Positions 36,401-49,134 of a DNA stretch of 64,000 nt are shown here, one piece after another (position 1 is the stretch's first letter; every line of letters starts with the position of its first letter). The translations under genes were made by a program, and so were the position numbers. Under the pieces are notes generated by a model. It was not told where the DNA came from, ran no database searches, and saw nothing but the letters and a program-made list of their open reading frames with translations. This DNA is from Octopus sinensis (lineage: Eukaryota): positions 1 through 64,000 of the forward strand of contig NW_021832865.1 in NCBI RefSeq assembly GCF_006345805.1, read 5' to 3'.

Positions 36401-37746
36401 CCTTGTTACTAGTCTTTGAAGTAGCCTGCAGAAGGGTATCATAAAAGTTGTCCTTCTGATCATTTGGTAGTCCCGCTTGTGGGGCATAGGCTGAGATAAT
36501 CATAGCTGTGCCACTCTGTAGGACCAACCTGAGCTTAAGCACTCTATCACAAACCCTGACAACCTCTATGACCTTATCCACCCATTCCTCCGCAAGGAGA
36601 ATGCCTACACCCCCTACACCTTCCGCGTTACCTTGCCAGTAGAGTTTGTACCTAAGTGCCTTGCCCGTGAGGACCCTAGCCGAAGCATCTCTCCATCTTA
36701 CCTCTTGTATGCAGCATACATCAACCTGTCTTCTCTCTAGCATCTCTACAATCTCACTAGACTTGCCTGTCAATGTACCAACATTGATAGTGCCAACTCT
36801 GAAAACTGGGAAGGAGATGTGGGGGGGGGGACGGGGGGGATTCGGCGCCTGAGAAGAGGAGGGTTGTTGTGGTGGTGATAGTTTTCGTGGTATTTTTCTT
36901 TTGATCTCTCTTCCAACCTGACCACGCCGTGGGCAGGAGCTGGTGTTAGCAGTGGACATTCGTTATCGTCACTGAGTAATGTAATTAGGTAGAGGAAAGA
37001 AATACAGATATTCTAGAGTTGAGTTGGGGAGGGGGGGGTCCAGTTGAGGCGGGTAATATAGGGGAGCAACCAGTGGGGAAGGTTGGGGTAAGGAGGAACG
37101 ATGGCAGGAAGGGTTGGTGTAGGTTCGTAAGAAATAAAAACGTAGGATATTACGAGGTGGGAGGGTACTAAAAGGGATGGTCGGATTGAGGCAGTGTCAG
37201 GAGGAAGCGTAAGATCGGTGGGCAGTTGATGAGCTATGGCGCTAGCAGCTTGTCTTTTCACAGTGAAAGCATATGAGGAGAAGGGGTAGTGGGGGGAGGA
37301 GGAGGGAGTAGGGCGTATCCGGTGTAGATGAGTAGGGCGTATCCGGTGTAGATGGTGAGAACAGGGTATACTGGTATTGGTGGTGGGGGTGAGAACAGTG
37401 TTCACCGGTATTGGTGGTGGCGGTGAGAACAGTGTTCACCGGTATTGGTGGTGGGGGTGAGAACAGTGTTCATCGGTATTGGTGGTGGTGGTGGTGGGGG
37501 GGGGGCACCGCCAATGGCGGAAAGATGGGAAAAGACGGATTACGGCTTGAGGTAGCCTAAGGTTAAATTTCGTAGAGAGAGAGATAGGAAAGATAAATCA
37601 AGTTATGGCGAAGGCTTGAAAGTAGCCTAAAAGGTTAAATTTTCGTAGTGAGTGAGATGGGTAAGACGAATCAAGTTATCAATGTATGAATAAACGTAGT
37701 AACAACGAATAAAAATAGTAAGATAAATTTTTAAGAACTTGCTGCG
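33411..37746 (-). mobile_element. Near full-length RTE-clade LINE (copy B): APE endonuclease + RT + PHD-like finger
   Basis: ORF pieces 36959-36090, 35895-34519 and 34441-33656 join into about 1100 aa by adding one G near 36121 and one near 34532; I checked by hand that both gap regions are then open. (GAT)n tail at 33411. The 5' region has 34-bp and 24-bp tandem repeats. (TA)n lies on both flanks. The 5' boundary is inferred. Confidence 0.93.
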
Positions 37747-38199
37747 ATATATATATATATATATTATACATATATTTATTTATTTATTTTATTTTCAGTA
37801 TATATGTATCTTTATTCTTAGTATATATTATATATGTATTCATTTTCAGTATATTTTTATTTTATTTTTATTCGGAAGTCCAACAGTGAAGGGAAGGTGG
37901 TGAAGCAAGCAGACCTTACAGGTTGGAAGCATGTAGTGAGCGACCTGCACGTAGGTGGCCATGCTGGATATAAAATCGTCTCCTTGCCGCCCAAGACAGT
38001 GGTAAAATTCAGTTGCTGCATGGGTGTCTGAGCAGTTCCATTTGGAGAGGGCACCACTCACCTGGAGGCCGGGGAGGTTGTAGAAAAGGTGAACCAAAAA
38101 TTGCCTGTCTTTCTATATCTGGTCAGATTAGCATGACTGAAACAAGATAAACACAAAATCTATGCTATTTTAGTCCAGAGATTGCTTGTACACGAAATC

Positions 38200-39597
38200 A
38201 AATTGAATGCTGGATCAGGAACAAACCCAACAGAAGGGGATTCTGACAATGAATGAGAGCCAAATGGAATGAGATAGGACTCTTCGAAACAAGTGAGCAA
38301 TTGTTAGCCGACCAGGCAAGAGCAATTAGAGCAAAAAGGTGGTTAACGGACATGGAAATTGAAGAGATAAAAAGAAAAGTAGAAAGGAGAAATAATCCTT
38401 CACCAACAGATAACGTGCCCAGTGAGAACAGAGAAAGAAATAACGGCAGTGAAGATGTAGAACAAAGTGTAAATGTAAATGCATTCTCCACAAATTAAGC
38501 AGAAGTAATAGGAAGAGCTGTATCACAAGAATACGGTGATGACCAACAAGATGTAGAGAGGATATATTTGAGAAGACCAGGATCAAGACCCTTCCCTCCA
38601 TAATCTGAGGTACATTGACCAATGCAAGATCAAGGTTGAAACCATAAAGATAAATTCAGTTCTTGGGCTGTTCCATACGAGAAATATCACTGAAACTCAC
38701 AAGATTATTTGGGGTGCAGCAACTGTTGCTGCAGATAGACTTGGATAGAAAAGGAAAGAACAAACAGAACGTAAAGAACCGTTCTGGTGTAGAGGAATTT
38801 GTAAGGAACAAAGTCATTTAGGACAAGTTGATAGATTGAGAAGAGGGGAATTGCAGAATGAAAGTATAAGAATGATGCTGGAAAGGACAGATGGAATAAG
38901 AGATAAATTGTATGATGAGATATTGGAAGAAATGAAACAAAGAATTGGAGCAATCAAAGCAAAACAGGAAAGATAGAAGAAAATAATTCAAGCAGAACAG
39001 ATTGTTAGAAGCATATGAGAAGTAACTGTTTCAGGAACTGGATGGGCAATTACACATAACAATGATACCAGAAGCAGAGGAAAGTAGGGCATTCTGGAGA
39101 GGGATCTGGGACCAATCTGCAGATGATAATAATGAAGCAGAGTGGCTGCATGAAATCCAAGATAGGTTAAGAAATATAGAAGGCAAAAAAGACATAAAAA
39201 TAACTACAGAAATGATAAAAAAGCAGTTAAGAAAATTCCCAAATGGAAGAGCCAGGACTGGATGGGGTCCCAGATTATTGGATGAAGAAGCTGAGAGGGA
39301 TCCATCAAAGGAGAGTGCAACAGCTAGATGAGTGCTCGCAGGAAGGTGCAGTACCCAGCTGGAAGACAAAGGGAAAGACATTGTTATGTGCCAAGGATCC
39401 TGGAAAGGGAAATGTTGCATCCAACTTTAGAACAATAACATGCTTTCTGCTCACGTGGAAACTAATGTCAGGTAATTTGGCTGCTGAACTGTACAGATGC
39501 TTGGGAAAAAGTGGGCTGCTACCCATTAAACAGAACGGGTACAGTAAAAGGAGCCAGGAAACAAAGGATCAGCTCTTGATTGCTAATCTAATTACCA
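38200..39597 (+). mobile_element. Degraded R4/Dong-clade non-LTR retrotransposon (5' half, up to the start of RT)
   Basis: [61 protein letters not shown] and TKDQLLI, with many stops and frameshifts. Confidence 0.75.
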
Positions 39598-39601
39598 ATT
39601 A

Positions 39602-40740
39602 AATAAGTACCAGTTGTGCACTGGGGTTGATGTAATTGACTTAGCCACTCTCCTGAAATTGCTGGCCTTGTGCCAAAATTTGAAACCAAAATTCCAGTGA
39701 TGTTTATGGTCAATAAAATAAGTACCAGTTGAGCACTGGGGTTGATGTAATTGACTTAGCCACACTCCTGAAATTGCTGGCCTTGTGCCAAAATTTGAAA
39801 GCAAAATTCCAGTGATGTTTATGGTCAATAAAATAAGTACCAGTTGAGCACTGGGGTTGATGTAATTGACTTAGCCACTCTCCTGAAATTGCTGGCCTTG
39901 TGCCAAAATTTGAAACCAAAATTCCAGTGATGTTTATGGTCAATAAAATAAGTACCAGTTGAGCACTGGGGTTGAGGTAATTGACTTAGCCACTCTCCTG
40001 AAATTGCTGGCCTTGTGCCACAATTTGAAACCAAAATTCCAGTGATGTTTATGGTCAATAAAATAAGTACCAGCTGAGCACTGGGGTTGATGTAATTGAC
40101 TTAGCCACTCTCCTGAAATTGCTGATCTTGTGCCAAAATTTGAAACCAAAATTCCAGTGATGTTTATGGTCAATAAAATAAGTACCAGCTGAGCACTGGG
40201 GTTGATGTAATTGACTTAGCCACTCTCCTGAAATTGCTGGCCTTGTGCCAAAATTTGAAACCAAAATTCCAGTGATGTTTATGGTCAATAAAATAAGTAC
40301 CATTTGAGCACTGGGGTTGATGTAATTGACTTAGCCACTCTCCCGAAATTGCTGATCTTGTGCCAAAATTTGAAACCAAAATTCCAGTGATGTTTATGGT
40401 CAATAAAATAAGTACCAGTTGAGCACTAGGGTTGAGGTAATTGACTTAGCCACTCTCCTGAAATTGCTGGCCTTGTGCCAAAATTTGAAACCAAAATTCC
40501 AGTGATGTTTATGGTCAATAAAATAAGTACCAGTTGAGCACTGGGGTTGAGGTAATTGACTTAGCCACTCTCCTGAAATTGCTGGTCTTGTGCCAAAATT
40601 TGAAACCAAAATTCCAGTGATGTTTATGGTCAATAAAATAAGTACCAGTTAAGCACTGGGGTTGATGTAATTGACTTAGCCACTCTCCTGAAATTGCTGG
40701 CCCTGTGCCAAAATTTGATACCAAAATTCCAGTGATGTTT
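39602..40740 (+). repeat. 115-bp tandem array, 10 units, derived from a SINE 3' half
   Basis: Unit starts at 39602, 39717, 39832 ... 40637. The unit matches the SINE core and tail seen at about 13900-13975, 19665-19760 and 49310-49360. Confidence 0.95.
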
Positions 40741-40859
40741 CTTGTATTTATTATAATTAATAGAGATAGTGTTTACTTAGTATGTGTTAAATGTTGGTTA
40801 TATTTTTCTGTTTGCTAATGTATTATACTAATAACATATTAGTATGCTCCTTCACCATC

Positions 40860-43800
40860 CCTACCCCTAGTTTCGACCTAGGTAAGGTAATGATCATACA
40901 GTGCAAAATATGAATGGGTAGTGTTATGCAGGTTGAATTGAAGGCTACTGTATTACTTGCTCATGAATTCTGCCAAATGTGAGCTTTCTTTTCAGGTACA
41001 TGAAGCTACTGTCCACCGACGCAGGGTCTCTAGGGCCCATACTTCCCACACCCTCAGGGTTGGCACCCTCAACGTTGGCACACTGAAAGGTAGGTCTGGC
41101 GAGATAGTTGAGATGCTTGAACGGAGGTGTGTGGATATATGTTGCATGCAAGAAGTAAGGTGGAGAGGAGGTTCTGCTAGGTTCCTCACAGGCAAGGAAC
41201 ACAGGAAAAGATTTTCTGGGCAGGGAACACTGACGGGGTTGGAGGCGTGGGTATACTTATTGCTGAGAAATGGGTAGATAAAGTAATTGAGGTAATCAGA
41301 GTATGCGACAGAATACTTAAGATTAGATTAGCGCTTCATCATAGTTTAGCAACCATTATATCAGCCTATGCTCCTCAGTCGGGGTTACCTGATGGACAGA
41401 AAGGCCGATTCTATGACACTCTACTGCAGACTACCTCGTTGACGAACGACAGAGACCTTCTCTTTGTGGCTGGTGACTTCAATGGTCACGTTGGACGACA
41501 TGCTGGGGGCTTCCATGGCGTACATGGAGGCTATGGCTCTGGTTCCCGCAACGAGGAGGGAACCAGGCTGCTGGAGTTCTGCGATGCAAATAATCTTATG
41601 ATTTGTAACACTAACTTCAGGAAACCTACCAGCCACCTAGTCACCTACCGATCGGGCCAACATACCAGCCAAATTGACTACATCCTTGCCAGGCAAAGGG
41701 AGAGATGGCTACTTATAAATGCCAAAACCTTCCCAGGCGAAGAATGTACCCCACAACATAGACTGGTAGTTAGTGACTTTAGGATCAGGAGTAGGAGGAC
41801 AACCAGAAGACGACCAACATGGAGAAGAAGGATCTGGAAGCTTAAGGATCCTGCGAATGGACAGAGATTTAGAGACATGTTACTTGAAGCCTTTGACGAA
41901 GTAGAAGGGGATAGAGTATCACATGGGGTAGAGGGCAACTGGACGTTTCTAAGGGACAACCTGCTGAGAGCCACAGACCAGATCTGTGGCTGGTGCAAAG
42001 TCCCCTCTCGTCCCAAGGTAACGTGGTGGTGGAACAGTGTTGTAGACAGGGCTATTAGAGAAAAGAGACAGACTTGGAAGCACTGGAAGAATGGGGGTAG
42101 CAGGGAATTGTATCAGACTGCAAAAAGGGAAGCTAGGAGACAGGTCTATCTAGCCAGAGGGGAAGCAGATAAGAAAAAATTTGCCAATGTTCTGCGCCGT
42201 GAGGACCAAAGACTGGAGGTGTTTCGCGTTGCAAGACAGTATGTGAGAGAGAATTGTGATGTGGTAGGAGAGAAGTGTGTTCGCATGGAAGATGGTTCAC
42301 TTGCGCTAAACGAGAATGCAAAGAGAGAGGCTTGGAGACGCCACTATGAAAGGTTACTGAATAAAGAAAATGAATGGGATAAAGAGAGTCTGCTGAACGT
42401 TGACCCAACAGAGGGACCAGCTATCAGGGTTGATAGTTCCATGGTAGCTAAGGCAATTAGAAGCATGAAGACAGGGAAAGCCCCAGCCCATCAGGTATCA
42501 CTGCAGAGATGCTCAAAATATCTGGTAGCGTCGGCTATAGCCTAGTCACCTGTATAGTTAATCAGGTGATACATGAAGGAGTCATACCCAATGACTGGTG
42601 TAGCAGCATAATAGTCAACTGCTACAAAGGTAAAGGTGATGCCCTAGATACAAATAATTACAGAGGTATCAAGCTGTTGGATCAGGTGATGAAGGTTACA
42701 GAGAGGGTCATAAGCCAACTAATTAGAGAGAGAGTTAGTTTAGATGAGATGCAGTTTGGTTCGTGCCAGGGAAAAGTACCACTGATGCTATATTCCTGGT
42801 AAGGCAGCTGCAGGAGAAATACCTAGCCAAAGATAAGCCCCTGTACCTGGCTTTTGTTGACATGGAGAAAGCCTTCGACAGGGTCCCCCGATCCCTCATC
42901 TGGTGGTCAATGAGGAAACTAGGAATAGATGAATGGTTAGTGAGAGCTGTGCAAGCCATGTACAGGGATGCTGCTAGTAAGGTGAGGGTTGGCAATGAGT
43001 ACAGTGAAGAATTCCGGGTAGAGGTAGGGGTCCATCAAGGTTCAGTCCTCAGCCCCCTCCTATTTATCATAGTCCTCCAGGCAATAACGGAGGAATTCAA
43101 GACAGGATGCCCCTGGGAGCTCCTCTATGCTGATGACCTTGCTCTAATTGCTGAGTCATTATCAGAACTGGAGAAGAAGTTTCAGGTGTGGAAGCATGGT
43201 TTAGAATCGAAGGGCCTTAGAGTCAACCTAGCTAAAACCAAAGTCGTAATAAGTAGGAAGGTAGACAAATCACAAACGCCTTCAGGTAGATGGCTCTGCT
43301 CGATCTGTAGAAAAGGTGTAGGTAGAACTCTATAAGATGCACCAAGTGTAAGCTATGGACACATAAGAGGTGCAGCAATGTCATAGGAAGGCTAACTAGG
43401 AAGATGGTTTTTGTATGTGGCAGATGCTCGGGAGCATTAACCTCTGAAAATCTGCAGAAAACAACTTCCGTCACTTTCCAGGGGGAAAAATTAGAAGTAG
43501 TTGATAGCTTCCGTTATCTTGGTGACCAAGTCAGTAGTGGGGGTGGGTGTGCTGAAAGTGTAACGGCTAGAGTAAGAATAGCCTGAGCAAAGTTTAGGGA
43601 GCTCTTACCTCTGTTGGTGACTAAAGGCCTCTCGCTCAGAGTAAAAGGCAGACTGTATGATGCATGTGTACGAACAGCCATGCTACATGGCAGTGAAACA
43701 TGGGCCGTGACTGCTGAGGACATGCGTAAGCTCGCGAGAAATGAAGCTAGTATGCTCCGTTGGATGTGTAATGTCAGTGTTCATAGTCGACAGAGTGTAA

Positions 43801-44788
43801 GTACCTTGAGAGAAAAGTTGGACCTAAGAGGCATCAGATGTTGTGTGCAAGAGAGACGATTGCGCTGGTATGGTCATGTGGCGAGATTGGATGAAGATAG
43901 GTGTGTGAAAAAGTGCCACACCCTGGCAGTTGAGGGGACCTGTGGAAGAGGTAGACCCAGGAAAACCTGGGTCGAGGTGGTGAAGCACGACCTTCGAACT
44001 CTAGGTCTCACCAAGGAAATGACCAGAGACCGAGACCTATGGAAGTATGCTGTGCGTCAGAAGACCCGGCAAGACCAGTGAGAACAATAAAAATCAAATC
44101 ATATATCAGAAAGCAGGGGTTAAGTGACCCATCTGTTCGTGTCCACTGTCAGCCTCGTCTGGCACCCGTGTCGGTGATACGTAAAAGCACCATTCGCTCG
44201 TGGCCGTTTGCCAGCTCTGTCTGGCCCCCGTGTCGGTGGCACGTAAAAGCACCATCCGTTCGTGTTCGTTGCCAGCCTCGCCTGGCCCTGTGCCGGTGAC
44301 ATGTAAAAGCACCGTCCGTTCGTGGCCGTTTGCCAGCTCTGTCTGGCCCCGTGTCGGTGGCACGTAAAAGCACCATCCGTTCGTGTTCGTTGCCAGCCTC
44401 AGCTGGCCCCCGTGCCGGTGACACGTAAAAGCACCGTCCGTTCATGGCCATTTGCCAGCTCTGTCTGGCCCCGTGTCGGTGGCATGTAAAAGCACCATCC
44501 GTTCGTGTCCGTTGCCAGCATTGCCTGGCCCCGTGCCGGTGACACGTAAAAACACCATCCGTTCGTGGCCGTTCGCCAGCTCTGTCTGGCACCTGTGCAG
44601 GTGGCACGTAAAAAACACCCACTACACTCGCGGAGTGGTTGGCGTTAGGAAGGGCATCCAGCCGTAGAAACACTGCCAAATCTGACTGGGCCTGATGAAG
44701 CCCTCCGGCTTCACAGACCCCAGTTAAACCGTCCAACCCATGCTAGCATGGAAAACGGACGCTAAATGATGATGATGATGATGATGAT
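40860..44788 (+). mobile_element. Near full-length RTE-clade LINE (copy C), disrupted
   Basis: APE (RVGTLNVGTL, AYAPQ, GDFNGHVG, SQIDYIL), RT and C4HC3 finger. Four -1 frameshifts (about 41209, 42484, 42760, 43327) and one TGG>TGA at 43584-43586. The 3' UTR has eight ~61-bp repeats and a (GAT)n tail. The 5' boundary is approximate. Confidence 0.93.
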
Positions 44789-44898
44789 ATTACTTTGTCT
44801 TCAAATAATTTCCTGTATTTACCCACTGAACTCCCCAGCTCACCCCTAATCCCTCACCAACGAAATGATTTTATCTTTTTACTTTTTCATAATTTTAG

Positions 44899-46431
44899 TT
44901 GTGCTGGACGTTTGTAGCAGAGATCATATACTGCAAAATGTGGAGTTAGATGTTCAACCGTTCTGGGAACCATGTGAAGAAAATACCATTTCAAGCCAGC
45001 AAGTCCATGACTATTTACTACCTTCCAAGTTCCATCTGACTTTCTTACAGAAACATAAAATCATAGTTAATGACCAATTAATGAGATGGGCTGAAGTAAT
45101 TTGGAAAGATTCCAAGTTTAATAAACTGAAATTAAGTTATTCTGAAGGAAATTTGAAGCAAATTGAACAACGTTTGGAAGAGTTATTAAATTCCATTATT
45201 GTTGAAATTATTGATGTTCCAACCGATATTTTTGAAGAAGTTGCTAGAACATTTAAAAGTGAAGAGGATAAGGTGTATTTTTATTTTGATAACCGAAATT
45301 TCCAAGCTAATATTTTGGGATTTAATAAAAGTAACGTGATTAAAATGAAAAACAGACTTTTGGATACTTTTAGAAGGAAATGTGAGTTTAATTTAAATAT
45401 TCATGAAAGACGTATTCTATCTGGTCACAGATTTTTTGAGCAGGCAGAAAGACAATTTGAAGGTCTACAAGTCAGAATTCATGGTAACAAAGTTGTTTTT
45501 GAATGCCAGTATTCCAAAGTAGCTAATTGTCAAAATAGTATGTATAAAATTCTTCAATCAATGGTTAAATCTGAATTGTGTTTGCCTTAAATACTGGAAT
45601 GATCATAAATAAAAAACCAGTGAAAGAATATCTTGATGACAAACTGAGGAACAAGAATTGTATTGGTTCATGGGAAACGGGTGATGGTGATTCAGTAATA
45701 CTTATGCAAGTGATAAAACACATCTTTCACTTTTGGAAATAATTCTGAAACAAACTTTTGTTGCCAATACATTGAATTTTATTGATAAAATTAAGGATAC
45801 TCCAAATTATGGAAAGTGGCTGACATTTGTTGAAAAACTAAAAGAAGAGTTTCCAGATTTCCATTTTATTGGAGAAAATTCTATTGTTGCTATTGATGCT
45901 GTAGTTAATGCTATAAAAAACAAAATTGCTAACTTTAAGCAATCTTTAACTTATGAATCTTATATATTGATGCCTCTTGAACATTTCCTCTTTCTTAAGA
46001 GTTCAAAGAACAAGAAATCAATGACTTTGGTGCGAAAAATAAAATTAAGAATGTGTGTCTCAAAGATTATAAGTTACACCTGGAAGGAACACAAGAGCAA
46101 ATTAAAAAACTGGAAACATTTATAGAAAATTTAAGAAAGGATACCAGCTCACAAGAAGTGAAATTAGAAATGTTTAGATTTCGAGAATTTCTGCAGAGTG
46201 AAGAAGGAAACACTTTCTTGTGTGAAATGCAGAAGAAATCTGAGAGTATAATATCTTTAAATTCAGATTTAGGAAGTGAAACAGACGGAATACTAAATTT
46301 TGTGTATAAAAACTGTGAAATAGTGTTGAAGGAAGATGACATCACGACTCTGGACACAGATGCTATTGTTAATGCTGCAAATGGTAAATTGGATCATAAG
46401 GGAGGAATTGCGGCAGCCATTGTGCAGAAAG
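44899..46431 (+). CDS. PARP14: PARP14-like large coding exon 4 (RRM end, KH-like region, start of macrodomain 1), with three apparent 1-nt deletions
   Basis: ttttag acceptor and GTGAGT donor at 46432. ORF pieces 44865-45590, 45733-46125 and 46053-46439 join if one base is restored near 45585, 45690-45705 and 45997. The exon ends with IVLKEDDITTLDTDAIVNAANGKLDHKGGIAAAIVQK, a macrodomain signature. Confidence 0.85.
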
Positions 46432-46626
46432 GTGAGTAATACCATTTTTTATAGTTCATGTTTCTTTTAGATCCAAGTGTGGTTGAGAGGCTTGCTTCCT
46501 GACCATGTGGTTTCAAGTTCAATCCTACTCAGCATTTTGGACAAGTGTCTTCTATTATAGGTCAATAGTTGGCCAAAGCCTTGGGAGTGGGTTTCGTTGA
46601 TAGAAACTGAAAGAAGCTCATTGTAT

Positions 46627-46678
<52 letters not shown>

Positions 46679-49134
46679 GGGGGGTAACCAGGTGTAAATG
46701 AACATCACCATCACACATTTTTTACTTATTATATATTGTTCATTCATTTTTATACTTTTTGATATCTAGTTATACGTTTTATAAAAATATATTTGTTATT
46801 TATGTTTTGGTTTATGTCTATCACTGTTTGAGTTGCATAATATTGTGCCATTTCCAGTCTTCCATGAAAAACATGTCTGACCATGGAAAAATATTCCCTC
46901 ATTTGGAAACATGTGGCAATTGGCTACAAGAAGGACATCCAACAATGGACATTAAAATACGGTGGTGGTGAATTGTTTATAGATTTGAGACACTTGATCA
47001 CTGACCAGTCCCCAAAATCTGGATAATTATAAATGATTGCAGCAATGTTACATTCCATTTAAAGAAACTTATGTCTGATGCAATGCTGATCTCTTCTTCT
47101 GTTACACTCCATTCCATACCACTTGTGTCTCTCATGCTTCTATGTAGTTGCTCATCCTACTTTCCCCTCTCTTATCTCCTCTCTATCACTCACGTTCATC
47201 ATTCCTTGCCATGTTACTCTTCCTCTTATCTTTATGTCCTTTTTTCCCCTTCATTCTTAAACTCTCCTACCATTATCAACTGCAAATGTTTGCCAAGTCC
47301 TGAACTGCCCTTAACTACAATTCAAAAAATATTGTCGTTCAGGTTTGGAAAACATCCCCTCCCTCCAAATGTCCCCACCACCTACATGACCTACAAGCCT
47401 GTAGCTCTTTCCCTTCTCGTGTCACTAAACCTGAATTCGCCCTTTGCTCTTCCCTACACTGCCATACATTCCCTTCCTCTCTAGCACCACCATCTTCACT
47501 GGTGCTCACGACTGCTCCTTCCATATCATTGATTCCTTCTCTTGCACCTTCCGTAATCTGATTTACTCCATCCCCTTCACTCTTTGCCATTCCCCATACA
47601 TTGGACCGACTGGTTGCTGCCTGTTTGATGAACACCTTCACATCATCAAGCTCTGTAATGACCCCCTGGTCTTGTGCCATTACTGCTTCATTGCTCATTC
47701 CCTGCAACATCTGTTCATGTTCAGACTGGCTTTGTAACAAATGCCACCCAGACTCCTGTCTCCATATAGAACGGGAAATAATTCTCCTTCTCTGTAGTCA
47801 AGTCTCTTACAGTCTAAATTCTGCATCCCTTTTCATTTCAAACCCTCCTTCACCTACAAACCACCCACTACTTACATTCCCAGTGTCCCCTCAACATCTA
47901 CCCACCCACACACACACCTACTCTACACTGTTGAACTCATTACCCAACACCACATTCAAACAGCATGTACACACATCCACATGCACTCATTCCTTCTCCT
48001 CCTCCTTTGCCCACACTGGCACCCACCCACCCCTCATGCTACCCATCCTCACGCTTATAACAGCAACTATATCATAACACACCTACACTTCCCAACACCT
48101 ACCACTTTCCTCACCCATCTTCCACCAAACACCTCTATCCAGTTTCACACTTAACACATTGAATCGGATGTCTGATAGTTTCATAAATATACACACAAAA
48201 ATAGAAAGCAGGGGCGCACACACATACACACACTCACACAAGATATGCACTCAATAGCTTCATATATACACACACACATCTACACATACACGCATAAACA
48301 CACACTTCTACACATAAACTCACAAACACACACACAGTGTACATGCACACAATAGCTATATATATACATCCTCTTGCTTGCACACACAGTTGCATTGCAT
48401 AAGCCTTATACACACACACATAAACCAAAAGGATGGACTTACATACACACATGCATAGATACTTATACACAGTACTCACACACATGTGTGCTCACATACA
48501 CGTGTCAAGTTCATAGTTGTCTCCCTTGTCACTAGCACTTCAAGTCAGCTCTCATAGATGTCTCCCTAGGTTGCCAGAACCACTCACATCTTCAGCAACC
48601 TCTTCCTCCTCTCATCATTTCAGCTTGTAGTGACACTCTGACACAAGTTTCTCCTCTTCTCTCTCTCTTCTGCTATTCCTTCTGACAAAGAGTAGGCTCA
48701 GAATGTTAGACACTTCCTAATTTCTCTAAGCATAAAGTTGATACACTTCTGCTGTGGAGGTCAGGTCTTCTTGAGCACAGCAAGCCACCAGGTATCTTGG
48801 TCCTTTGTCATCTCATCCAAAAGGTTCACCATTCTAAAGTTGTTCTTCAGTACTTCGTCCTGTTTTCCTGGGTCTCCCTCTTCCACAAGCCCCATCCACT
48901 TTGAATGAACGGCACTTCTTCGTGGAGCTGTCAGCATCCCTCCACATCACATGACCAAACCAGCACTGTCTTCTCTCACACACAGCATCTAATTCTTCTT
49001 ATGCCAAACTTCTCAATACACTAACACTCTGTTGCATATATATACATATACACACTTGTGTGTGTATATATAGAAGTAACGTATTATAGAATTAAAATAT
49101 AATACATATATTGATATAATATATCACAATATCA

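Noticed and set aside
39602-40740. CRISPR-like appearance of the 115-bp array (and of the 69-bp array)
   Set aside because: The units are head-to-tail with no unique spacers, there are no cas genes, and the context is eukaryotic.
44865-45590. Stand-alone 241-aa gene starting at ATG 44865
   Set aside because: The first 11 codons are the polypyrimidine tract and acceptor; the rest is exon 4 of the PARP14-like gene.
47339-47740. Minus-strand 133-aa ORF with CRSCRWWGH (zinc-knuckle-like)
   Set aside because: The final Cys is absent and no other domain is recognisable; it may be an old retroelement but cannot be assigned.
48682-48710. Possible hammerhead relic ctgacaaagagtaggctcagaatgtta
   Set aside because: Both core segments are mutated and it is too short to distinguish from chance.
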